Source: an uncultured Prevotellaceae bacterium
GTDB lineage: Bacteria; Bacteroidota; Bacteroidia; Bacteroidales; Muribaculaceae
Assembly (NCBI GenBank): GCA_900317835.1
Contig: ONIL01000007.1
Location: 3,527-67,526 of the forward strand
DNA length: 64,000 nt
Direction of reading: 5' to 3'
Positions 1 through 10,517 of the stretch are shown piece by piece (position 1 is the first letter of the stretch; every line of letters starts with the position of its first letter). The translations under genes were made by a program, and so were the position numbers. Below the pieces are notes generated by a model. It did no database searches. It saw only the letters and a list, made by a program, of their open reading frames with translations, and was not told the DNA's origin.

Positions 1-2
1 AC

Positions 3-1388
3 AACTCCAACAGCAAATCCTCAATGGACAGCTACAACGTGGATGGACGCGTGGACTACCAGCGCCGAACCGGCCACAAGGGCGAGACGATCACCTTGAG
101 TTACATGCTCTCGGCAATACATAACAAGAACAAAGACAATTCGATTTATAGCGACTTGTTCCAGATGCCTGTCCCCTATACCGGCATCAATCAGAACGGC
201 AAGGAGAACTTCAACGAGCACACCTTACAGATCGACTGGACGCGCCCCATCGCTAAGAAGCACACCATCGAAACCGGTGCCAAGTACATCTACCGCTTGA
301 ACCGCAGCCACAACATGCTCGATTATCTGGGTATCGACAACACTACCGATTTGCGCTTCAAGCACCTGACCCAAGTGGGTGCCGCCTACTTGAGCTACAC
401 CTTCCACTCGGGAAATTGGGATGCCCGTGCCGGACTGCGCTACGAGCACAGTTACTTGCGCGCCAGCTATCCCGGTGGCGAGCAGGAGGCCTTTGATGCC
501 CACTTGAACGACGTGGTGCCCAGTGCGAGCGTACGCTACCAGTTTAACTTTGCCAACAGCCTCAAGCTCTCTTATGCCGCCACTATCAAGCGTCCGAGCA
601 TCGACTTCCTGAACCCCACCGTGGTAGAGAGCCCCACGAGCCGCTCTTTTGGTAACCCCGACCTGGGCAGCGCCCATAACCACTCGTTTAGCATGACCTA
701 TATGCACATTGGCCCCAGGATGACGTTCAATGTCACGCCGCAAATCCAGTTCAGCAACAACAGCGTCGGTTCGGTGCGTTGGGCCGATGGTCTGGTACAG
801 GTTTCGACCTATGCCAACACCCTCAAGACGTTCTCAAGTTCGCTGTCGGGATTCGTGCAGTGGATGATGACCCAGAAGACCAACCTCGTGTTCAACGGTT
901 CGATCTCTTACAACAAGTACAAGAGCCGTGAGCTCAATCTGGAGAACAGCAGGGTTTCGGGCAGTTTCTTTGCCAACGTCACCCAGTACCTGCCCTGGAA
1001 ACTGCAACTCACTGGATTCGCAGGCATGTGGGGCGGTTATGTGGGCGATCTCTACGGCCACATGGGAACGAGCTTCTGGCACGGATTGTCGCTGCAGCGC
1101 ACCTTCCTCAAGGAAGACCGCCTGACCGTGCAGCTGATTGCTGTAAGTCCTTTCGGCGGCAAGCACATGAGCTTTAAGCAATATACCGACCACGGTGACG
1201 TGACAGGTTGGGCCAACAGCAGGCATGTGGCACGCCAGTTTGCCCTCTCGTTGAGCTATCGCTTCGGCTCGCTCTCGACATCGGTTAAGAAGGCCAGCAA
1301 GACCATCGAGAACGACGACCTCCTGAACAGCGGCAAGCAGTCAACCGGAGGCGGCCTCACCGGTGCACCTGGAGGCATGGGGAATTAA
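3..1388 (+). CDS. Outer-membrane beta-barrel / TonB-dependent receptor-like protein, C-terminal part (5' end outside window)
   Basis: Frame open from base 3; amphipathic beta-strands (AGLRYEHS, SLKLSYAATIKRP, FGNPDL) and C-terminal LSLSYRFG followed by the Gly-rich tail typical of Bacteroidales OMP beta-barrel proteins. Confidence 0.8.
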   Translation, partial: NSNSKSSMDSYNVDGRVDYQRRTGHKGETITLSYMLSAIHNKNKDNSIYSDLFQMPVPYTGINQNGKENFNEHTLQIDWTRPIAKKHTIETGAKYIYRLNRSHNMLDYLGIDNTTDLRFKHLTQVGAAYLSYTFHSGNWDARAGLRYEHSYLRASYPGGEQEAFDAHLNDVVPSASVRYQFNFANSLKLSYAATIKRPSIDFLNPTVVESPTSRSFGNPDLGSAHNHSFSMTYMHIGPRMTFNVTPQIQFSNNSVGSVRWADGLVQVSTYANTLKTFSSSLSGFVQWMMTQKTNLVFNGSISYNKYKSRELNLENSRVSGSFFANVTQYLPWKLQLTGFAGMWGGYVGDLYGHMGTSFWHGLSLQRTFLKEDRLTVQLIAVSPFGGKHMSFKQYTDHGDVTGWANSRHVARQFALSLSYRFGSLSTSVKKASKTIENDDLLNSGKQSTGGGLTGAPGGMGN

Positions 1389-1478
1389 TTGAGTCGTACT
1401 ACAAATAATGGTTTTCGGCAGGCGCTGGCAATATTTTTGCCGCGCCTGCGTTACTTTAATAAAGGAAAACTGAATGTG

Positions 1479-2006
1479 ATGAGAATAGCGAGAATCATAG
1501 TGGCGTTTACCATCATGCTGTTGATGATGCTGTCCTGTGAGGACGACCACAAGGTCATCGAAACCGACTGGACCACGCTCGAGAGCGTGGAATTGCAGGA
1601 TCAGTACAACAAATACATGAATGGGGAATGGGTCTATCAGTATGACGACAGCATCAGCTTCATCGAGATGAACTATATCTTCAATACCAAGGACAGCACC
1701 GTTTGGGGATATTACAATGAACTGATTCGCACCAATGTCTCATCCGACGGCAGCCCAGAGCATGACGAGTGGCAGTTGCTGTGGCAGGGCGAGTTCACCG
1801 CCAAGTGGGTACTGCTCTACAGCGTGGACCTCAAGCAGGCCTACATCTGGCTAGGAAATCTCAAGTACAAGAATGTGCATGGAGTGTTGGCCAAATATGA
1901 CGTGTTGGCCGGACGTGTCCTTTTTTATGGCGCCAATCACAACACCTTGCGGGTGACCACGCCCATCACCTTCCGCCGCATCGACATGCACCACCCCACC
2001 AATTAA
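1479..2006 (+). CDS. Hypothetical lipoprotein
   Basis: ATG at 1479 gives MRIARIIVAFTIMLLMMLSC-EDD: SPII lipobox plus acidic residues after Cys; the TTG start at 1389 is probably an over-extension. Confidence 0.65.
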   Translation: MRIARIIVAFTIMLLMMLSCEDDHKVIETDWTTLESVELQDQYNKYMNGEWVYQYDDSISFIEMNYIFNTKDSTVWGYYNELIRTNVSSDGSPEHDEWQLLWQGEFTAKWVLLYSVDLKQAYIWLGNLKYKNVHGVLAKYDVLAGRVLFYGANHNTLRVTTPITFRRIDMHHPTN

Positions 2007-2016
2007 ATGAAACCCA

Positions 2017-2664
2017 TTACTTGGGCATGAAGCGCGTCGGGTCTTCTTTATCCTCGGCGGTTTTCTCTGTTTCTTCCTCGGCTTCGGGTGTTGAGGACGG
2101 GATTGTGGGCTGTTGCCTGGTTTTGTGAGACTTGTGCAGGTTCTCGAGGCGATTGAACTCCTGACGTACGTGGCGGCGACCGTCCTCAAAGGTGTCATCG
2201 ACAGCCTTCTCGATAGTCGCATTGAACTTGAACGGCAGCAACGAAATGAGAGCCGAAACGAGCGACAGGGCCGTGAGGACGTAAGAGAGTTTGTAGCCGA
2301 TGCCCATGCCGTTGACTGAAAAGCCCTCGCCCACATCGATGTCGGGCGTCACATCAGGACTGTGCTGGAGCATGATCTCTTGAACGTTACCGGTCGCACT
2401 GTAGAACCATAGCCAAACGATGATACAGGCAATGGTGCCAATCACCCACCAGCGTTTTTTAAGGCAATTAAGGAAAACTGCTGCAAAGCAGGCGATGAAC
2501 GGTAACGATGCCAACAAAACGTGGCGGAAGGAGAGGGCCTGTGAAATGGTGCCCGCGGTGAAGTTGAGCCCCGACACCGTGCCAGTCAATGCCAAATCAT
2601 AGAAAGGCAGGAAGACATAGCAGATGAGCGATAGCACAAGCAATATGTTGGTAATTGGTTTCAT
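2017..2664 (-). CDS. Hypothetical inner-membrane protein (~4 TM) with disordered C-terminal tail
   Basis: Four hydrophobic segments and a charged Pro/Glu-rich tail ending DPTRFMPK. Confidence 0.65.
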   Translation of the reverse strand: MKPITNILLVLSLICYVFLPFYDLALTGTVSGLNFTAGTISQALSFRHVLLASLPFIACFAAVFLNCLKKRWWVIGTIACIIVWLWFYSATGNVQEIMLQHSPDVTPDIDVGEGFSVNGMGIGYKLSYVLTALSLVSALISLLPFKFNATIEKAVDDTFEDGRRHVRQEFNRLENLHKSHKTRQQPTIPSSTPEAEEETEKTAEDKEDPTRFMPK

Positions 2665-2929
2665 GAATGATCGTCAGTGATTAGTGGAACTATGAGCCAC
2701 AATAGCTTGCGAATTTACAAATTATTGCTGAACCGCTCACAGAATGAAACCAAATTTTACACTAATTCACGTTTGTTAGTGCACTTTTGGTCGTCCTTTC
2801 CTCTACTCCACTCACAAAAAAGGGGGGCGTTCTCATGCGCCGCGTTGCAAAAATCATTTTGACTGATTTCTCGCGCACAGCACGATTCATCAGCCAACCC
2901 AAGCAAGGAAAAACAGTGTAAGGCAGATA

Positions 2930-3703
2930 TTAGTTGAGGGCCGTGGAGAGAACCTGTTCAGTGAATTGCTGGTCATGCTGCAGGCGCTCGAGGGCTTTCT
3001 TGGACGCGCCCTGGTGCGATTCCTTCTTGCTATAGCCCACGGCATCACTGGCGTAGATGCCCCCCAGGATTACAGCGGTGCGGAAAACGGGGTTCTTGTC
3101 GGCATCGGTGAATGCTTCCACTAGCTCAAACTCGATGGTGACGTGATACTTCTGAGTCCACTCAATCAGGCGTGATTTAAAGTTCTGCACGGTCTTGACC
3201 AAATCATTCAGGTCAAAGTGCTTCTTGATTAAACGATCGATGACAAACTTGCGGCATCGGTCATAACCCTGGTCAAGATAGACGGCACCAACCAGGGCCT
3301 CGAGGACGTTGCCACATAAGTAACTGTTGTGGGCCGACGAGTGCATTAAGGCACGCACATGCCTGTCGAGATGAAGCGAGTTGCCAATGCGGTTGAGGCT
3401 CTCGCGCTGGACAATCTTGGCTCGTGTGGATGTGAGGAAGCCCTCATGCCTGCCGGGGTAAGTCTGATATAGGAAATCGGCAACCACAGCATCTAGTATC
3501 GCATCTCCCAGGAACTCAAGACGCTCGTTGTTGGCCCATCTTCCGTTCTCCAGCTGCACGGGCTTGGAACGGTGAACCATCGCCAACTGGTAAACCTTGA
3601 TGTCGCGGGGATAGTAGCCGGTGATGCTGTGAATAAAAACATAAAGCTCCTTATCCTTGACGAAAAGGAGCTTTATGAGTGATATGGCGTTGCTTAAAGG
3701 CAT
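2930..3703 (-). CDS. rnc: Ribonuclease III
   Basis: NERLEFLGDAIL signature, GNVLEALVGAVYLD, C-terminal dsRBD (NFKSRLIEW...SKKESHQGA); follows acpP-fabF. Confidence 0.97.
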   Translation of the reverse strand: MPLSNAISLIKLLFVKDKELYVFIHSITGYYPRDIKVYQLAMVHRSKPVQLENGRWANNERLEFLGDAILDAVVADFLYQTYPGRHEGFLTSTRAKIVQRESLNRIGNSLHLDRHVRALMHSSAHNSYLCGNVLEALVGAVYLDQGYDRCRKFVIDRLIKKHFDLNDLVKTVQNFKSRLIEWTQKYHVTIEFELVEAFTDADKNPVFRTAVILGGIYASDAVGYSKKESHQGASKKALERLQHDQQFTEQVLSTALN

Positions 3704-3730
3704 CAGAGTGTCTTCATCCCAGTGTTGATT

Positions 3731-5014
<1,284 letters not shown>

Positions 5015-5039
5015 GTGGTAGTTAGGAAATTAAAAGATA

Positions 5040-5282
5040 TTATTCGGCTGCCTTAGCTTCCTCAATAAACTTAATGGCGTCGCCAACGTTTTGGATGGTC
5101 TCAGATTTGTCATCGGGGATCTTGATGTCGAACTGCTTCTCAAATTCCATGATCAGCTCGACGGTATCAAGACTATCAGCGCCCAGATCCTGGCTGAAAG
5201 TAGCCTCGGGCGTTACCTCAGACTCGCTAACACCTAACTTGTCAACGATAATTTGTTTTACTCTTTCTTCAATTTCTGACAT
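5040..5282 (-). CDS. acpP: Acyl carrier protein
   Basis: [14 protein letters not shown] phosphopantetheine motif, 80 aa, acidic. Confidence 0.98.
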   Translation of the reverse strand: MSEIEERVKQIIVDKLGVSESEVTPEATFSQDLGADSLDTVELIMEFEKQFDIKIPDDKSETIQNVGDAIKFIEEAKAAE

Positions 5283-5513
5283 AGTCGTAATTTTTAAATT
5301 GTTATTGTAAAAACTGTATATTCACATTTTTGAGACTGCAAAGGAAATATAAATTATTCAAACAATAAAGAAAAATTTACTTAATTTCTGCCCAATTGGG
5401 GATTTTTAGTCTTTATCTTGATGAAAGACAATGTTTTTAAACAAATTTTTAAACTTTTTACTTCCAGCCACCGTTAAAAAATGTAATAATTTTGAGTTTT
5501 ACTTAACTGGAAG

Positions 5514-6437
5514 TCATTTGATATCATTCAAGTCAATGACCAGTCCCTCGTTGGCCAAGCGGGTGGCGGGGAAGACGCCGCGAGCCTCGTCGAGCAACAC
5601 GGTCTCATCGTCATACCGCTTGGAGAAGTGACCCAGGATGAGCTGGTGCACACCTGCCTCGCGGGCGACAGTAGCCGCCTCGAGCGCGGTGCTGTGGTAA
5701 CGCTTGTGGGCCTTGACGCGCAAGCTGTCGTCGTAGGTGGCCTCGTGATACAGCCAATCCACGCCCTCAACACTCTTGATGACGCGTCTCGAGAACTTGG
5801 TATCACTGCAATAGGCATAGCTGATAGCGGGATCGGCAGGAGTCGTCAACTGGTCGTTGGGGATAATGACGCCATCGGGGCTGACCCAGTCCTGCCCTTG
5901 CCGCAGCGAGTTCATCGCATAATGCGGCACGCCCAATCGCTTGACCTCTTCGCCGATGATGTGCCGCATCTTGGGTTTCTCGGCAATAAGAAATCCCACG
6001 GCAGGAACGCGGTGCAGCAACGGGAAAGTCGTCACTGTGACGGCATCATCCTCGTGAATGACCCGCCGGTGAGTATCGATGATGTCGTAGCGCACCTCGA
6101 AGGGGCGCTCACGGCAGAAGTAGTCCAGCATTCTCGAGAACAGGTCCACACCATCCTTGAAGGTGTGGATCGTCAGCGAATTGCTGCGCTTCAACAGCGC
6201 CATCGTCGATACCAGCCCAGGCAAGCCGAAGCAGTGGTCGCCATGCAGGTGGCTGATGAAGATATGGTTGAGGCGCATCAGTTTGAGCCTCATGCGGCGT
6301 ACCCCCAACTGTGCGGCCTCGCCGCAGTCGATCATCATCAGGTTGTCGCGCACGTTGAGCACCTGGCACGAGGGACTGTGACGCGGCGTCATCGTCGCGC
6401 TCCCACATCCCAGTATGTTCAATTCAAGCCTTGTCAT
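5514..6437 (-). CDS. rnz: Ribonuclease Z
   Basis: ISHLHGDH MBL motif, LYHEAT, YHST, LGHFSKRY; start at ATG 6437 supported by a TAATTTTG promoter at 6450-6457 on the minus strand. Confidence 0.93.
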   Translation of the reverse strand: MTRLELNILGCGSATMTPRHSPSCQVLNVRDNLMMIDCGEAAQLGVRRMRLKLMRLNHIFISHLHGDHCFGLPGLVSTMALLKRSNSLTIHTFKDGVDLFSRMLDYFCRERPFEVRYDIIDTHRRVIHEDDAVTVTTFPLLHRVPAVGFLIAEKPKMRHIIGEEVKRLGVPHYAMNSLRQGQDWVSPDGVIIPNDQLTTPADPAISYAYCSDTKFSRRVIKSVEGVDWLYHEATYDDSLRVKAHKRYHSTALEAATVAREAGVHQLILGHFSKRYDDETVLLDEARGVFPATRLANEGLVIDLNDIK

Positions 6438-6552
6438 TATTCTAAAGGGCAAAATTACAAAACATCCATACAAGAAATGTGCCATTGACTGTTTTGAAAT
6501 TACAAAAAATGCAAAAAAACGTAATTTGTTTCTTAAATTCAAGCAAAATGAT

Positions 6553-6560
6553 TACTTTTG
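6553..6560 (+). promoter_or_regulatory. Bacteroidetes sigma-A -7 element (TACTTTTG) for the DUF5689-like gene
   Basis: Matches TAnnTTTG; context nearly identical to the promoter at 10258. Confidence 0.7.
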
Positions 6561-6621
6561 CGGCCAATTTAAAACAAGGTAGTGATGTACTGGTGTTATA
6601 TCTACACACTTTTTATAAAAA

Positions 6622-6730
6622 GTAGCGGGGAAACGATAAAACCGTTCTTCAAACCGCTGCGACATGCTGACGCTACCACTGGCTGCGCTTCATTAGATGG
6701 AATAGACCGCTAATGTGGCGCGATTTTTTT
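6622..6730 (+). promoter_or_regulatory. Structured 5' leader, copy 1 (stem-loop plus terminator-like hairpin); candidate riboswitch/attenuator
   Basis: GTAGCGG/CCGCTGC stem 6622-6660; hairpin 6685-6721 followed by T7 at 6724-6730; paralogous copy at 10333-10444. Confidence 0.7.
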
Positions 6731-6789
6731 GGATGTTGTTGCCCATTTGGGCATTGCTTATATCACATACTATTTATTTTTTCAGAACT

Positions 6790-8238
6790 ATGCAACACAA
6801 AGCCAAATTCTCCATGTTGGCAGCGATGTCCTGTAAGGATTCGACTGCATGGTCCCTGTCGGCAGTGCGTCACGACCGACGACTCTTCAAGCGCTTGCTC
6901 ATTTACTGTGGAATGCTATTCATGCTGGTTATTGCCACCTCGTGCAACGAGGAATTCGACATTCCACCGATGAAGTCCCCTCCCCCTCCCAACATGTCCA
7001 TCGCCGAGTTCAAGGCCAAGTACTGGCGCGACACGGTTAACTACGTTGACACCGTTCAAGACAACGATATCATCCACGGCTGGATCACCAGCACCGATGA
7101 GACGGGCAACATTTACAACACCATCTACATCATGGATGAGTCGGGCGTTGGGCTGCCCATCGCCGTGAGCAGCAGGGACATGTACACCCGATATCGCCTT
7201 GGAGCCGAAGTCGTATTGGAGATGAAGGGATATCATGTGGGCAAAATCACAGGCATGATGCAAGTGGGAGCACCCTACTTCTACAAGAACACTAATGTGT
7301 GGGAAACCAGCACCATGAATGAAGACACCTGGAAAAAACTGGGTCAAGTCAACGGATTTCCCGACTTGAGCAAGGTGGATACCACCGAGATCACCCTTGA
7401 TCAAATCCTAGGCAAAAACGACGCCGAGACCCTCATCAAATATCAGGGGTTGCTGGTGCGCATCAATGATGTGACCTTTGAGAACGCCAATGGCATAACC
7501 ACTTATTCCGATAAGAATCAAACGGTCAACCGCCGCATTGCGGACAGCAACGGCAAGAAACTGAATGTGCGCATGAGCAACTATGCCACCTTCGGCGATT
7601 CCATCCTGCCCAAGAGCGGTGTCGATATCGTGGGCTTGTTGGGCTACTTTGCCACCAAGGCTAACCCCAACGATCCATGGCAAATCTATCTGCGCACCAT
7701 CGATGATGTGATTGTTCGCCCGCCTCGCCCCGTGACGTGGGCCGATTTTGAGACCATCAGCGGGCACACCACCAATATGGGGACCTTTACCACCGAGGCC
7801 GGATGGGTGGCCACAAACTGCATGATGTTTGAAGGCGGCGACAAGGATGCCAATCCCGTTTTCGCCTTTATCGGCACAGCCACTAACAAACTCGCCACCT
7901 ACGCCAAGGCCCCGACCTTGAACGGTGGCACCGATGCCGTGGGGACTGTCGTCTCGCCTGTTCTTAACGGCGGCATGACGCGTCTGCGGTTTTCCTACGG
8001 CTACGCTTTCTCAGGCAAACAGCTTGCTTGTCGCGTCGATGTCAAGCAGAACGGCACGGTGGTCAAGTCATGGACGGTCGCCAATAATGACGTACAGACT
8101 AAAACCGCCTATTCCTTTGATGAGGAATGCCGTGTGGAGGGCGAATTCACCATCGAGTTCACTAACCTTTGCCCATCGGGCAAAACAGGCAAGACCGACC
8201 GGTTATCGATCTGGAACATCAACTGGGATATTGAATGA
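6790..8238 (+). CDS. DUF5689-like OB-fold surface lipoprotein
   Basis: Lipobox IATSC-NEEFD; IHGWITSTDETGNIYNTIYIMDESG, LVRINDVTF, VRMSNYATF and VDIVGLL motifs recalled for DUF5689 proteins; start uncertain (6790 or 6913). Confidence 0.75.
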   Translation: MQHKAKFSMLAAMSCKDSTAWSLSAVRHDRRLFKRLLIYCGMLFMLVIATSCNEEFDIPPMKSPPPPNMSIAEFKAKYWRDTVNYVDTVQDNDIIHGWITSTDETGNIYNTIYIMDESGVGLPIAVSSRDMYTRYRLGAEVVLEMKGYHVGKITGMMQVGAPYFYKNTNVWETSTMNEDTWKKLGQVNGFPDLSKVDTTEITLDQILGKNDAETLIKYQGLLVRINDVTFENANGITTYSDKNQTVNRRIADSNGKKLNVRMSNYATFGDSILPKSGVDIVGLLGYFATKANPNDPWQIYLRTIDDVIVRPPRPVTWADFETISGHTTNMGTFTTEAGWVATNCMMFEGGDKDANPVFAFIGTATNKLATYAKAPTLNGGTDAVGTVVSPVLNGGMTRLRFSYGYAFSGKQLACRVDVKQNGTVVKSWTVANNDVQTKTAYSFDEECRVEGEFTIEFTNLCPSGKTGKTDRLSIWNINWDIE

Positions 8239-8301
8239 ACGTTTTCCTCATGACACTTGCAAGAGTGAGATAAAACTAGTATCTTTGCGGTTGATGAAGT
8301 G

Positions 8302-8898
8302 ATGGAGAACAAATATGAAAATATCATCATTGGCATCGACCCCGGCACCAACGTGATGGGATATGCCCTGCTGGGGGTGAACGACAAGACACCACAACTC
8401 ATTGTCATGGGCGTGCTGCAGCTCAACCGCATGGAGGACCATTACATGAGGCTGAGGCACATCTATGAGCGCGTGAGCGGCGTGATTGCCGAGTACATGC
8501 CCGACGAGATGGCGATCGAGGCTCCGTTCTACGGCAAGAACGTGCAGTCAATGCTCAAACTGGGACGCGCCCAGGGCGTGGCGATGGTCGCAGCCTTGAA
8601 CCGCGAAATTCCCATCACCGAGTATGAGCCGCGCAAGATCAAAATGGCCATCACGGGTAACGGTGCAGCCAGCAAGGAACAGGTGGCGATGATGCTGCAA
8701 CGCACGCTGCACATCGACGAGGCCCAGATGCCCGCCCTACTCGACGCCACCGATGCCCTTGCCGCCGCCTTGTGCCACTTCTATGAGCGCCAAAAGCCCA
8801 TCTCCAGCCACGGCACCAAGTCCTGGAAGGCTTTCATTGCCCAACATCCTGACCGCGTGTCCAACCGCTCAAAAGAGCCCACCGCCAAGGCGCAATAG
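8302..8898 (+). CDS. ruvC: Holliday junction resolvase RuvC
   Basis: [33 protein letters not shown]. Confidence 0.97.
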   Translation: MENKYENIIIGIDPGTNVMGYALLGVNDKTPQLIVMGVLQLNRMEDHYMRLRHIYERVSGVIAEYMPDEMAIEAPFYGKNVQSMLKLGRAQGVAMVAALNREIPITEYEPRKIKMAITGNGAASKEQVAMMLQRTLHIDEAQMPALLDATDALAAALCHFYERQKPISSHGTKSWKAFIAQHPDRVSNRSKEPTAKAQ

Positions 8899-8964
8899 CT
8901 CCTACTATTTCACGGCTAACCGAAACGTTTGTTTTATTACCCAAACAACTAAAATATAAACAAG

Positions 8965-10194
8965 ATGAAAAAGTTATCATTATTATTGTTTCTTGCCCTC
9001 CTTTGGGCTGCGGCCACCCCTGTGCTGGCCGGCTCCACGTTAAATGCCAACCCCGAAAAGAGGGTAATACCGACGACTGGAGTTTTTTATGATGTAGTGT
9101 GCATGTCAGATGTATATGATGTCACAGATACTAATGATGGTTACCTGATAGAGCCATCAGCACCGTCACAGTGCGGCATGCTGGCATTTTGCCGAGAAGA
9201 GGACGACCTCATGTTTGTTAGTCTCTTCAATGACCTCATGCTCATCGAGATTGACCGCGACAACATGAGCGCATTGCTCAATGAAAACTACTCAGAGGAC
9301 AGCAATGTCTCGACATCAGGCTTGCAGACGGTCACCACCGAGATCCACTACTACCTCTACTCAGAAGACTGCTTGAATGGTTTCCATGAAGAATCCAGCC
9401 CAGTGCAGGGCCACATTAATCCCGATGGATCAATCTCATTTGACAGTTTCGTTGTGGAGACCGAGCGCATTGTCACCATTACCAACAGTTGGTCCCATCA
9501 ATTGATTTCATCCGAGACGACAACCAGCCGCAACCTCTACCGCAGCATGGTTTTGGCCAAGCCCAACGGAGTTCACCGCTTCAACAAGCCTGCTGAGCCC
9601 GATCCGGGAACCGTGCAGCCAATGAGTAATGGTTTCGACAATCTGCCGAGGATTGTGCCCGTTTACATCGTTCAGCGCGACGACACGGTCATGGTGTGGA
9701 ACCTCTATAACATGGGAGGATTCAACCGCATGGTCATCGACAACGGTTTCTTTGACTGGCCATGGCAGCAGTGCGGCTATAACGAGGATGGTGGCTGCTG
9801 GTACAATTACACGGCCTATCGTTCCTATACACCCCAAGGAGAACCCATGCTTTCGGTAGTAACCTATCTGCACCGTCTGCAAGGAGTAAAAGGCAAGGTG
9901 ACACAGGATGGAATGACATGGGGCAACACCACATTTGGCAACGGCAAGGGAGTATGGTCGGCCGATATATTCTGCGACAACACCTTGACTTTCAAAGACA
10001 AGAGCTTTGACTTCACACCCACGGTTTGGAACATCAGCGACGTGACACGGGTGATTGACGGCATCTTGACCAGTGCTCCCGAAATCATCCTCCTGCCATC
10101 CAGTGACCCGAATGATGATGGAGACGTGGACATCAGCGACGTCACTTGGCTCATCGACAGGCTTCTCCTTGGCAATCCCGACAACGGTCAATAG
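8965..10194 (+). CDS. Secreted protein with degenerate C-terminal dockerin
   Basis: SPI signal peptide (AATPVLA); C-terminal NISDVTRVID...DPNDDGDVDISDVTWLIDRLL. Confidence 0.75.
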   Translation: MKKLSLLLFLALLWAAATPVLAGSTLNANPEKRVIPTTGVFYDVVCMSDVYDVTDTNDGYLIEPSAPSQCGMLAFCREEDDLMFVSLFNDLMLIEIDRDNMSALLNENYSEDSNVSTSGLQTVTTEIHYYLYSEDCLNGFHEESSPVQGHINPDGSISFDSFVVETERIVTITNSWSHQLISSETTTSRNLYRSMVLAKPNGVHRFNKPAEPDPGTVQPMSNGFDNLPRIVPVYIVQRDDTVMVWNLYNMGGFNRMVIDNGFFDWPWQQCGYNEDGGCWYNYTAYRSYTPQGEPMLSVVTYLHRLQGVKGKVTQDGMTWGNTTFGNGKGVWSADIFCDNTLTFKDKSFDFTPTVWNISDVTRVIDGILTSAPEIILLPSSDPNDDGDVDISDVTWLIDRLLLGNPDNGQ

Positions 10195-10257
10195 TATTTT
10201 CTGCCAAATGTTGATGCATTGTTAATAAAAAAAATTGTCAGATAAGAAAAATATGAC

Positions 10258-10265
10258 TACTTTTG
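10258..10265 (+). promoter_or_regulatory. Sigma-A -7 element (TACTTTTG) for the TonB-dependent transporter operon
   Basis: TAnnTTTG match in an AT-rich intergenic region. Confidence 0.7.
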
Positions 10266-10328
10266 CAGGCGAAAATATGACGCGTTTTTAAAGTGAAAAT
10301 ACATTCTTTTGGCATACCCTTTAGGATA

Positions 10329-10444
10329 TCTTGTAGCGGTGAGGCGGCAAGCCAGTTCTATAACCCGCTGCAAGAAAGTATAGCCAGCAACACACGCGCC
10401 ACATTAGACGGGGGATATTCCGCTAATGTGGCGCGAATTCTTTT
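10329..10444 (+). promoter_or_regulatory. Structured 5' leader, copy 2; candidate riboswitch/attenuator
   Basis: TCTTGTAGCGG/CCGCTGCAAGA stem; CGCGCCACATTAG-A-CGG/CCG-CTAATGTGGCGCG hairpin 10395-10435, then ATTCTTTT. Confidence 0.7.
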
Positions 10445-10517
10445 GTCAAAAAGCAATAGAAACAAACAATTTTTTAATAATTCATCATTTTTTCATTCAC
10501 TTAAACAAGTTTTTAAC

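Noticed and set aside
5460-5514. 8-bp inverted repeat ACTTCCAG/CTGGAAGT as an invertible promoter
   Set aside because: Too short, no recombinase nearby, no promoter consensus enclosed
6608-6623. Perfect 16-bp palindrome ACTTTTTATAAAAAGT as an operator
   Set aside because: Low-complexity AT run that is not conserved in sequence at the second leader copy; cannot be supported alone
6790-6912. Second lipobox-like AMSC upstream of the DUF5689 lipobox
   Set aside because: Preceding hydrophobic region is too short; it may reflect start-site ambiguity only
8302-8898. ruvC inside the nucleic-acid uptake locus as evidence for a transformation/recombination system
   Set aside because: ruvC has its own TATCTTTG promoter and no competence genes are present; adjacency may be incidental
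10293-10517. 75-aa N-terminal extension of the TBDT in the ORF track
   Set aside because: The signal peptide begins at ATG 10518; the extension spans the structured leader and terminator (kept only as the leader-peptide hypothesis)
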